A stretch of DNA of 64,000 bases, taken from Camelus dromedarius (lineage: Eukaryota). This document shows, piece by piece, positions 12,270 to 23,585 of this stretch. The notes under the pieces were generated by a model, which saw only the letters and a program-made list of their open reading frames with translations, was not told the DNA's origin and did not search any database. The translations under genes and the position numbers were made by a program. The stretch is from positions 46,874,001-46,938,000 of the forward strand of contig NC_087437.1 in the NCBI RefSeq assembly GCF_036321535.1, given 5' to 3'. How positions within the stretch are numbered: the stretch's first letter is position 1; the number at the start of each line of letters is the position of its first letter.

Positions 12270-12560
12270 GGAAGTACTGATTAAGTACAGACTTTATGTC
12301 TATAATGAAAGTTTCCAGAAGAGAGTGGAAAATATTATCAAAATGCTACTTAAAATTAGCCATCAACATCAAATTCTATGCCAAGAAAAATTATATTTTG
12401 AGAATGAATAAAAATATTTTTTGACAAAGACTAGAAATTTTTATTAAAAATAGACTCTTATTGAATGAACTACTAAAGATCTTACATCTATAATAAGGAA
12501 AATAAAGCCAAAGGGAAGACTATGCTGCAAGTTACAGAAGTAAACAGAGAGACAATTTTA
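12270..12560 (+). mobile_element. HAL1/L1 ORF1-like fragment, 3' part
   Basis: 'ccagaagagagtggaaaatattatcaaaatgct...aaattctatgccaagaaaaattatattt...gaactactaaagat'. Confidence 0.55.
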
Positions 12561-12580
12561 TATTGTTGGTATATATAAAT

Positions 12581-12586
12581 CTCTCT

Positions 12587-12619
<33 letters not shown>
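12581..12619. repeat. (CT)5(GT)n compound microsatellite
   Basis: Seen directly. Confidence 0.95.
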
Positions 12620-12622
<3 letters not shown>

Positions 12623-12629
12623 ATAAGCT

Positions 12630-13012
12630 GGAACTAAAGTTATAAAACATCTGATTCTAAAATTCATATGGTAATATAAAGGACAAAGAATAGCCAAAAC
12701 AATGTTGAAACGCAAGAACAACATTGAATGGCTAACAACTGATTTCAAGACTTATTATAAGGTCATGGTAATAAAATAGCATGGTATTGGCAAAAGATAG
12801 AAAAAGATGAATGGAACAGAATTGAGAGTTCAAAAGTATGCTTACACATTTCTGGACAATTTATTTTTAACAAGAGTAAAAAGTCAAATCAGTAGAGAAA
12901 GAATAGTCATCTGACTATATGTGACATATTTGTGTAGCAATGTAAAAAATTAACCTCAATTTATACCTCACACCACATTCAAAAATTAGCTCAAAATGGA
13001 TAAGAGAGATGA
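12630..13012 (+). mobile_element. L1M ORF2 fragment (post-RT region)
   Basis: Contains 'ctgattctaaaattcatatgg...gaatagccaaaacaat', 'gatttcaagacttattataagg...atggtattggcaaaagatag' and 'aattagctcaaaatggat'. Confidence 0.85.
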
Positions 13013-13019
13013 AAAACAG

Positions 13020-14300
13020 GGGAAAAAAGCAGGCATAAGCCCTAAAATACTAACATTTACCAATGTAAGTCATCTAAATATAGCAATTAAAAGACAGATT
13101 GATGGAGATTAGAGTGACATGGCTCACTTATATGTTGTCTCTAAGAAACTCACTTCAAATATAACAATATAGGTAGGTTTAAAAGTAAAGAATGCAAAAA
13201 GACATATCACACAAACATTAATCAAAGGAAAGTAGGAGGGTCTATAATAATACCAGATAAAGGAGACTCAGAGCAAGAAAATTATCAAATACAGAGAGAG
13301 ACAGGATATATAATAAAAGTGTTAATCCACTGAGAACACAACAATCTTTAATCTCTATGCACCAAAAATAGAGCTGTAAAGTAATCTGAAGTAAAAAGTG
13401 ATGGAACTGGAAAGGAGAAAGACTAAAGTTTACAATTATAGTTAGAGACTTCAACACCCTTCATTCTTGACAGAATAAATAGACATATAAACAGCAAGAA
13501 TATGAACAGCTCAACAATACCAACAAACAACAGGATCTAATTGACACTTATAGAACATTCTACCCAATAACAGCAAAATATGCATTCTTTTCAAGTCCCA
13601 TGGAACATATATCAAGATAGAACATATGCTGGATCATCAAACAAATCTCAAGGGGTGTGCTCTCCAACTATCACAGAATCAAACTAGAAATCAGTGACAT
13701 AAAGAAAACAGGAAACAAACACCACACACTCAGTAATCCCTGGGTCAAAGAGGAAGTCTCAAGGGAAATAAAATACTTTGAACAGAAGAAAATGAAAGTA
13801 CTAGTCACCACAGTGTGCAGAACACAGCTAAAGTAGCACTGAGAGGAAAATTTATAGCACTGAATGCATACATTAGACAAAAAGAGAAGTCTCAAATCAA
13901 TCATCTAGTCTTCCACCTCAAGAACCTAGAAAAAGAAGAACAAAATAAAGCAAGAAAAAGAAAGGAAATAACAAAAATAAGAATAGAAATCAATAAAATT
14001 TATAGCAGAAAAATAGTAGAAAATCAGTGAAACAGATAAATGGTTCTTTGAAAAGGACAATAAATAGACCAACTTCTACCAAGACTGACAAAGAAAGAGA
14101 CAATACACAAGTTAACAATTTTAGGAATGAAACAGGGTATCATTGCAGATTCTGCAGAGGTCAAAAGGACGAGGAAGGAAGGTTATGAACAACTCCACAC
14201 ACATAAATTTGACAACTTAGACAAAATAAACCAATTCCTCAAAAAATACTAACTGCTCTAATTTAAATAGTCCTATTCAGGAAATTTAATATGTAATTCA
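13020..14300 (+). mobile_element. L1M ORF2 fragment (endonuclease domain and linker), decayed
   Basis: ORF 13815-14030 (TAKVALRGKFIALNAYIRQKEKSQINHL) is a hallmark L1 ORF2 peptide. 'gagacttcaacaccc' encodes the DFNTP EN motif, and 'aagaaactcacttc' the ETH motif. Confidence 0.92.
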
Positions 14301-15539
14301 TCAATTAATTAATTCAATTTTCATATAAAAAATTAGACAAATATGACATTATTTTTAATGACTTTTCATCTTTTTATTTACTTGCTTGTGTATTTGTTTT
14401 TGCCAATAATTCTCATAGCTTGGGACACTAGGAAACAGTAACAGTTTACACAAACATTACCTGGGATGCACTGAGTTCAATTATATTATTTCAAATAATA
14501 CCCTTCTCTACCTATATAGAGGTGGTGACCGTGTGAAATAAAAAGCCCGCCTCAAAAAGAGCAGAATTCTCCAAAAGACAGTGTGAAGTCTCTTATGGGT
14601 TCATTCCTTTGATCTTGCTTTAAAAAACCATCCACTACACTTTGTTTCTTATGGTTGCTTCCTTTCAAATAAACTGGCAGATACCCTTTCCACCCCCATT
14701 CACGGTGAGACCGAGCTTTCACAGAAGCCTATTATCTGGAAGCCTCCTTGTCCGTGCCACAGTAAACACCTGGAACGGATTTTCATCGTCTCCAGGCTGA
14801 GGAAAAACGGTCAACAATAACAGCGAAGTTTGAAGTTTTTAAAAGTCTTTTAAAGTTACAGGCAACCACGTTTTGACTGGTTCCTAAAACAAAAACGTAA
14901 CAGCAACCCACACATCCTTTCATATATTCTGGCAAGAATAGCAGAAACAAAATGTCATGCACTTAACCAGTATGTGGAAGCCTAGAATGTAAATATGAGA
15001 AGTGTAAGAATTGTATGGCTTTCAAACCATAGGAGATAAGTAATATCTTTGTAATGTGAAGAGAACCGTTTTCATTATCATGGGGCCTTGACAAGTAGCT
15101 TCCCACGCAGCTCATCACACCGAAGGCCACTAATACTGCCAGAATACTGGTTCTGTTCATGCTTTTGTTATGTCTGAAGGGAGAATTTTATGCAGTGGGT
15201 GAAATGAACGCGCTGACAAACTGATAGGTCTCTGAAATGGCTACTGATAAAAAAAACAGGTTTGATAAACAGATTCTCAGCTTTCTGCTTCTACATTGTT
15301 TGGGGAACACTTATTTTTCACCGTGATAGGAATCACTGTCATCTGTATGTCGTTCCTCATAAAGCCACACTCCCATTTTACTCTCGCCAAATCATGACTT
15401 CTGGCTTCAGTTTGTCCTGCAAAAGATAACGCCTTCCACATATCCTAAGCTTGCTCAGGTTTAGTCCCCCTCATCCTTAAATACCAATTTTAAGGATGGA
15501 GCAGGGGCAGATATGACAGCCTATAATTGAGCAATGCCT

Positions 15540-15670
15540 AATTATTTACAAACCGCTTTCATGTGCACTATCCTGTCTTATCCCTCTTCCATCTGTGAAC
15601 TGGGGACTATTCCCTAATTTAACAGATGAGGAAACTAAGAGTGGAGATGTTGCGCCCCTTCCCTAAAATG
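15540..15670 (-). mobile_element. MIR fragment
   Basis: Core 'ttttaacagatgaggaaactaagag'. Confidence 0.65.
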
Positions 15671-17431
15671 CCATGTCTCCTTCTGTGTCTTCTGTTTTTT
15701 GCTTGGTTTTGTTTTCCTTGTTTTTATAGGGAGTGGCCTGGCTCTAATGGGAACCTAGAAACTTCATAGGTTCAGCTCAGCCAAGCTGTTACCCCACTGT
15801 CTTCCTTGGTTTTCTTGAATCTAATGTTTTCAACATATCACCTTTTGATCTCATGACCCCACTTCTCCTTTCATTACAGACCTGGTCTATATAGCAATCC
15901 CTATCGCACCAGAAACTCTGGATACATGTTTGTTGAAAGGGAGAAAAGAATGGATAGATGAATGTATATGTATTATAGGTGGTTTATGTATTTATTCAGA
16001 TGCTCATATCAAGTGTTCTTACTCTGATTCAGTAATTACTTTTTGTCCTTAAGGCATTATTGTAGGGGTCAGTGCAATTATATGGTGAATGTTTACAGGA
16101 TAACATAGAATGTTACCAAATAAAACATCATCATTTTATATAGCAAAATTTTTTCCTCTACTTTGCCAAAAATCATAGTTCAGAGTAAAAAGGGGCCTGG
16201 AATTCTTATTTATTTTGCATTATGGAAGTCAAACAGAATATAAATCATGCGAATGCACAGACACGCATGCAACTCCAACTATCCTATGTACTTTCCCATT
16301 TTCCTTTCTGAAATTGTTTCTGTCAATATTTTGATTTAGATCCAAACAAAAAAGGAGAAAGAGAAAGATTTAATCAGAAGATTGTCAAATGCCTGCATAT
16401 GCCTAAGAATTAGTAGATATTATAGCATTTGAAGTCTGATATGTATAATTCTTGGAGATGCATCATTTATAGGTGTTATTTTTTCTAGAGACTTAGTTAC
16501 AGGAATTCTAGATACAATTTCGTATTTTTCAGCAATTATCTATCTGTGTTGTGTATGTGTGTGTGCATAACATATATGTGTTTGTGATATATGAATAAAC
16601 AAATAGGATGAATAAATAATAATTAATTTGACCAGAAATGAATAAAGCCTATGAAGAGTTAATTTTGGATTACTCTCTGAAACAGAATGAGTCAGAACAG
16701 GGTATTTAACATCATGTTCCCTATCAAGCAGGGGACTGATTAAATGTTTCATTTTTCAACCAGTTTAATCTGCGTATTTTTATAGTGATTGGATTCTGAA
16801 AATCAAATGATCTCTTCCTCCTTTTCTCCTCAACACTGTCTCATAGAGCTGTGTGATTCTTATCCTACAGAAAGGAATTAATTCTGGATTTCAGAGGAAA
16901 GGGGGCAATTTGGTAAAAAAAAAAAAAAAAAAAGGATTCTGTTTCTTATCCATAAACTGAGAGTGAGAAAGTAATTTGGGAAAGGTGCTAAGGGACAAGT
17001 CAGTTGCACTGAGGCATTTTCAGTGAGTATGAATTAGAAATTGAAATTAGAAGTAAAAATAGATCATTGGTACATTAAAGGGGAAAAAGGAATATAGGTA
17101 TTTGGTTGTGGTTTACTTTTTGAAAAACTATTACATGAAAATCCAAAATGTAAAACAGAAAAAAAAATGCAGAGATTTACTTGGCATTGGGAAATACCAC
17201 TTTATAAATATCACAATGAGGTCATGAGCACAATGATTTATCAGAAGTCAAACTGAATAAATAAATCAACAAATATTCCTTGAGCTTTTACTATAAGTAA
17301 TTATTAAATAATAAATTGAATGATGCATGTGCACACACATGCCAAAAAAATATATTTGAAACATCAGTTAATTTTTTGGGGTTTAACCACATTTTTGTTT
17401 AGCTTAGATTTTGTATAATAACTATGACAAA

Positions 17432-17630
17432 GATAATAATAATCCCTTTTTTTTTGTCTGCTATGTATGTTTTGTACTTTATATGCTTCATTTAGTTCCT
17501 AGCTATCAATTCATCCTTACTTTATAGATGAGAAAATGCAGAAATTTAAGACTCTCATCTAAGTTCACTTGACATCAGATTTAGGCTTGAAACCATGTTG
17601 TTCTGACCTGCTTTGAAAACCGGAGTCTCT
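17432..17630 (-). mobile_element. MIR
   Basis: 'ctatgtatgttttgtactttatatgc...ctttatagatgagaaaatgcaga...ttgaaccatg'. Confidence 0.65.
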
Positions 17631-18200
17631 GTCCAATATTGTGTTTCCTCTCCTTGGAGGAAGTGTTATTACTACCAGACTTTGGTGGCAAAGTTATATG
17701 AATACTAGCCTTAATGGTCTAAAACAGGTATGTTGGGATCAAGTAGTAACTAGACAGATGAAATTATTTTAAAGTAAATCTAAGGAGATGCATCTAATTG
17801 CCATAATTTCCACGTTAAAAGATGATTTGCAAGTACATATTTTCTAGTTTAAGCAATACAGTGCAATAATTACTTGGATGACAAACCTCATTAAATATGC
17901 TTTAAATAACTGGATGACATTTGGCTAGCACACTATGTAATAAATGTCTTATTGAATTTAAATTAATTCCTATTTGAGCACCAAATTTAAATTACAATCT
18001 GGCTGATGAAAGAGGAAAACCTAAATTGTAATGGGCTAGCAAGCAGAGTTACTAGACAATGATAAACTCTGAAAAGTTTAAGAATTTAAGGACTATTTCC
18101 AATATATTTGGTTTACATATAAGTATATATTTGTGATGATTATGCTTAATTACTCTTTTAGAGCTAAAAAATTAGCCATCATACCTTCCTTTTCAGTAAA

Positions 18201-18223
18201 AACAACAACAACAACAACAACAA
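18201..18223. repeat. (CAA)n microsatellite
   Basis: Seen directly. Confidence 0.9.
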
Positions 18224-18489
18224 AAAACCTAAAAGTTAAATGACTTTTCCCAGTGTCACATAGTTAAGGAAAGAGCACATTAGGTCTATAAACAATCCTA
18301 TGTATTCTCAGTTAAAGTTCCTTCCATTGTTCTGTGTAGTCTCATATATCAAGCAGGTGGGCATATAATAATTAGACATTGCCTGGTACGTAACAAACAG
18401 TATTAGTGCCCACTGGATACATTAGCCTGCATGCGAAGTTTTGCTTATTCTGGCTTCAATTTTTTAGTGTTATCTCCTGCACAAACACA

Positions 18490-18575
18490 GGCATCAGATG
18501 GGGTCAGAGATCCCACATTTCTAATAAGAAAGAGAAACTGATGCTACATATGAGAGGACCACTCTGAACAGCAAA
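18490..18575. mobile_element. MER5A-like hAT fragment
   Basis: 'catttctaataag...tgatgct...ggaccactctgaacagca'. Confidence 0.45.
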
Positions 18576-18894
18576 GCCTTACAATTTAACCTGTGATGTC
18601 CTACGTGGCAGGCTCTGACCTCTTACCTTCCACAAGGGGTTTCCTGCCTCCACATGACCTCCAACTTGAATGCCCTCTACCTTGACCTCTTCTTATTGAA
18701 ATTCCATCCATCCATCTGTCCAATTATCTAACACCATTTGTTCGTGGGTGCATTTCTTGGTCATTTCTTCATGAAAACGTTCATTCTGACCCTAGAAACT
18801 TCGTATATCTGCCTGTGGTTCACATGCAAAGTCTGCTCAGATTAGTTCCTTAGCTAATCCCCAGACTGTTCTACAAACATGAAGTTCAGATGAT

Positions 18895-19075
18895 GTGTGA
18901 TTCTCAGCCCTGGCTGCATGTTAGAGTTCTTTAAGGTATAAAATCCAGGACCCATCCTGCAGTCTGATTTAATAGCTAGCTTTGGAGTAAAGCAGGGACA
19001 CTGATACTTAAAAAACAAAACAAAACAAAACAGAACTCTCACTGATTCAAATGTGAAACTAAGATTAAGATTAGT
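18895..19075. mobile_element. MER5-like hAT-Charlie fragment
   Basis: 'gtgattctcagccctggctgcatgttagagt...tctgatttaat...ctgattcaaatgtg'. Confidence 0.55.
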
Positions 19076-19706
19076 CAGTGTGATCACACTACCCTTGGTT
19101 TAGATTCCAGTCTTGGGGGCTGGAGAGACATTGTCACTGGTGGTACACCACAGCAGTTAAGGTAGGAGTCACACACTCCACAGACGTTAGAATCGCCTGT
19201 GGAGCATGTAGCACATTCAGCTGCATGCCTGGACACAGCTCCAGAGTTTACAATTTATTACATTTTCTAAGAAATCAAGACTTAAAGAAAAGAAGTTGTT
19301 AGTAAACGTTAATTTAAAAGAAAGGAAAAAGAGAAGGAAAGGACAAGACTATACCAATCCTTGCAAGAGAGCACAAAACAGTACCAGTCCCTTTCCTACA
19401 TGAAGTTACTCTGTGACCCAGCAATAACTATCAGACTATGGGGTAGCTTCCAGGTTCCCTTCTGGAGTACACTGTCTCATGGAGTTAGTCACGGAACATG
19501 GATCATAGCAGTCATCTTGGAGATTTCTGTGATTTTTTCATGAAACAGATCAAGGAACAAATCCAGATGCTATAGGAAAAGAAGGGAAACTAAGATGTGA
19601 GAGCAAGAAGGTCCAGAATGTCACCTAGTTGATGGAGAGAAGGGAGCAGTGTAGGAGCTGGGAAGGAATTATTGAGCTTAGGGGAGCCAAGGAAGATAAT
19701 GAGGGA

Positions 19707-19727
19707 TGTGTGTGTGTGTGTGTGTGT
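19707..19727. repeat. (TG)n microsatellite
   Basis: Seen directly. Confidence 0.95.
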
Positions 19728-20199
19728 AAGGCAGGCAGAAAGGCTCTATGGGGGTGCTCCAAAGGATCAGGATCCTAGACATGAGCAAACACTAACATCC
19801 TACTTCTAATGCACCAGCCACATCTAACCCTGTTATCCCTGATCAATTTCCAAGTGACAATAGACAACCTACTCCTGCTGCAATTTACACTTCTGACTAG
19901 CATAGCACTATATTATTCTGTCTTTTAAAAATAATTCTCTACATATTTTTTGCACTAAAGTGCAAGAATGAGAAAGGGTCTATGTCTCCCTCAGCTTTGG
20001 ATATGTCATGGTGCTTGGTACAGTTTGTTTCATATTATTGATGACCAATAAATACTGTTCTGCACCTCTATAAACATTGCATCACTATCACTTTTGATTT
20101 AGACATCTATGCCTTTCCTTCCTTGTACTTTTTTTGGCACATGATCTTTTTAAAGACTAAAAGGCAACCATCCCAAAACTAAATAAATTTCTCTTCTTC

Positions 20200-20495
20200 C
20201 CATTCCTGCCTGGTAAACTCTTAGCAGATCCTTCAAAATATTTGTCCTCTTCTGTGAAGCCATTTCTAACATCTGAGTTAATATCTCCTCTTCGTGTACC
20301 ATAGTTAGAACTTGGGTATGTTTCTATTGGTGGGATATCAATTTTATTTTAATTATTTGATTATATGTCAATGTCTTGTTACGCTGTCATCAGTTTCTGG
20401 GGGTAAAGGGACCACTTCATTCACCACTGCATCACCAGCACCTGGTGAGATTCCTGGAACATGGTAGGTACTCACAAGTGTCTATTGAATTGAAA
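20200..20495 (+). mobile_element. L2 3' end
   Basis: 'cctcttctgtgaagccatttct...gcacctgg...cctggaacatggtaggtactcacaagtgtctattgaattgaa'. Confidence 0.7.
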
Positions 20496-21531
20496 TAAGT
20501 ATCTTTGTATAAAACACACACCCAGCTCTGTGCATTGTATGTAATGGATGCTTCACTACAATTTATTATGTGAAGCTTGGAAAAAAGGTAAAAGGAAGTT
20601 TTAGTGATCACTAGAAAACAACTTACCCTTAATTAAGCACATGCTTTCCTGTGTTGCTCATGTTCATTTTTGCTACATAAATAATAGAACTTTGGTTTTG
20701 CTCTTAAATCTCTGCACTAATGAGAAAATGGGACTATCTCCCTATACTGCAGTTACTATAGTGATAAGATTCACAAGAAAAAAATCCTCCTTAATCAGCC
20801 AGGACATGAGCTAAGATGCATTTGCATCTATTAACTTTGGGTTAAGTTCTTTTTGCATTACTAGACAGGTGGCAACTGCTTTTGTGCTCCTCTGAATATG
20901 AACAGTTTCTAAAATTTAAATTTCAATTGATGTTTCAGTCTTCCTGGGTGACAGGCAGTTAACAGAAAGAAGAGTTCACTTGCCAAAGGGTGATGGATTC
21001 AAGGAAGCTATGAAACATCTTTAAGAAGACATGGCCATTTTCCATGTCATTAGATAACTCCCTACTGCCAACAAGCATTACTTCCATCTTGCTTAGAATG
21101 GGTTGCCGACCATTTTCTTTCATCAAGATTATTCTCTCAAACAGACATAGTAACGTGAATCTATGTGTAAAGGAGAAATATTGAGTGGAATACAGATGAA
21201 GTTATAACCAGCAATGCCCCCAAATATCTGTCTTAAATACTCTCTTAAACATTAGTTTTCAGGGCTGGTCTTAAGAGAAGGTGATTTGGTTACCTAAGTA
21301 GAGTAAATTCTGCATAGAAGGGAAGACACCTTTCCTCTCCAGTCTCTTTGTACCATATGCATAGTTCATACTCAATCCCCATTTAAAAAGTGAATGGGTC
21401 TGGAAGAGGAGACAAATTAAGCCTCATCGATATTTTATACTTTCTTTAGGAATTACTCTATCACACAATTTTATGAGAAGTACTTTTGGTGATAAATGTA
21501 TGAAGATCACACAATCTCATCAAATTCCCAG

Positions 21532-22001
21532 TGTGAACGAAAAGTACTGCGACCCATATCAGTAAACAAAGAATGCTGAAGCCATCAAGTCATCAGCAGC
21601 TGCCGCCACCCCTCAGTGAAGACAGGCCTGCAGCCCAGCCTCTGCAGCCACTCTCAATGGTGCACCCTGAGGGGACTCAGAATGAGAAAGGACAGGATAC
21701 TGGCCCTAGATAGTTAAGTGCTTGTCAAAGGAATGAATTCAATGAGCCCAAATGTTTGCTTCCTCCCATACAAAGAAGAGCACTAAATTCTTTAACTTGA
21801 GATGCCTGGTTTTCTTTAGTTAACAAGTAATGTTCCAACTATCTGGTTTTTGTTTTAAAGCTCCTATATATCCTAGCTCCCCCCTACCTCTTCGGAGCAG
21901 TCCCCTAGAGCGATCTGAGAGGCTGTCATCCCTGCTCAAGTCCTCCCACTAAATAAAACATAAGTCTCAACTTTTAAGCTGTGCATTTACTTCAGTCGAC
22001 A
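21532..22001 (+). mobile_element. ERV1-class solo LTR, 470 bp, intact termini
   Basis: Termini TGTGAAC...GTCGACA; perfect 4-bp TSD ccag (21528-21531 and 22002-22005); TATA-like 'cctatatatcc' at about 21863; AATAAA at about 21952. Confidence 0.88.
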
Positions 22002-22354
22002 CCAGCAAAATGAGCTGAAATGGACATGCTCTTGCAAAGAGGAGGAGGGCGGGGTGGGAATGTAGGAGGAGGGCTTTGGTAGGTTTCTGCTGTTTTGCAG
22101 TGCTCCTAGCAGCCAATCTTCTTATAAAAAAACAGTAACAGTAATGTACTAATGTGCACTTTAAAATTCATTTCCTTGGAATATATTGCTTTTTCTATAA
22201 ACTAATTCCCACAGAATTCTCAGGGGGATAGATCCAAAGAACATCCCATTTGTAAAAGCTAAGTCATAATAAATAGCTTTCATTGAGTACTTACTTAGTG
22301 CCAGGCAAAGTACTTTACATGAATTATTTTATAAATGAATAGTCATATAGTTCA

Positions 22355-23585
22355 TATAGCTCACCTGTTCTAGGTACACGCACTACATTAATGAATGGAA
22401 AAGATAATCAAAAATCCCGGTTCTTGTGGATCTTAGGCAATAAATCATAAAGTTAATACACAAGTACGTTACATAGTATGTTAGAGGTAGTAGTGCTATG
22501 GAAGAAAACCCATCATTGTAGGACAGGATAAGGATAATCAGGAGTAAAAAGGAAGATTTGACTAGAAGGTGAAAGAAGTGAGGAAGGAGCCGAGAGGACA
22601 ACTGGCAGAATTGTGTGCCAGGCAGAGGGAAGGGCGAGAGCAAAGGCCTCAGGACGGGACGGACCCCGTGTGTGGGAAGATAACTAGGAGGCTAGAGCGG
22701 CTGGAGCAGGATGACCCGTGAGCAAGGTGGGAAGCAGGAAAAGAGGGCAGCGGAGAAACTGAGAAGTGGAGGAGAGGGGAGACGACAGAGCGCTGCACTG
22801 GCCTTTGTAAGTAGGGGCTGTGCTTTTCCTCTGATGCATATGGAGAACTTGAAGAGTTTTGAGCAGACACATTAGCATGAACCGTCTTAAGTTTTATAGG
22901 ACCTGTAAGGGAGTGAGAGGTGATGACTTCTCGGGCCAGGGTGATAGCAGGGGACATGCTTGGATTCTGGTTCTATTTGAAAGTGGAACCAACATGATCT
23001 CCTGGTGGATGCAGGATAAGAGACCACAAGAAGATGATGTCAGGGCCTGAGCACCTAGAGGGAGGAGTCTCTATTGATTAGGTGGAAGTCTGCAAGTTTG
23101 GGATAAAAATGAGAGTCAGGGCTGGGCTTGATGAGCTTGAGCTGCCTGCTATACATCCAAATGGATGTGTTCAGCTGGCTGGTGAATATCTAGGCTGGGA
23201 GTTCAGGAGAGGCTTGGGTTGGAAACAGAAATTTGTGCTATTTTGCTTTTGAATGGCGTGCGTACACCTGAGGTGAGGGCAGACACAGAAGAGGGCTGAG
23301 CACTGAGCCGTGGGCCCTCTGTGGTCAAGAAGACAAGGAGGGGTCAGCCCAAGAGACTGAGAGAAGAGATACCCAGTGAGGTAAGAGGAGAACCAGGAAT
23401 GTGTGGTGTCCTCAGAGCCTTGTGAAGAAAGTATATTAAGGAGAATGGAGAAATCAATCTGTTAAAAGCTGTTTTTGAAAACGAAGAAACGACCTTTGTC
23501 TTTGGCAACATGGAGGTAATAAATGTCATTATTGAGAGCAGATTTGATAGAGCGGAGGAAGAAAGCCTCACTGGAGGGCTGTAAG
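22355..23585 (-). mobile_element. L2a-like LINE fragment
   Basis: Purine-rich antisense L2 text: 'ccaggcagagggaagggcgagagcaaaggcc', 'gaagagttttgagcaga', 'gagcttgagctgcctgctatacatccaaatggatgtg' and 'ttggcaacatggaggtaat'. Confidence 0.85.

Noticed and set aside
13815..14030. Protein-coding ORF
   Set aside because: A short open remnant of L1 ORF2 within a decayed copy.
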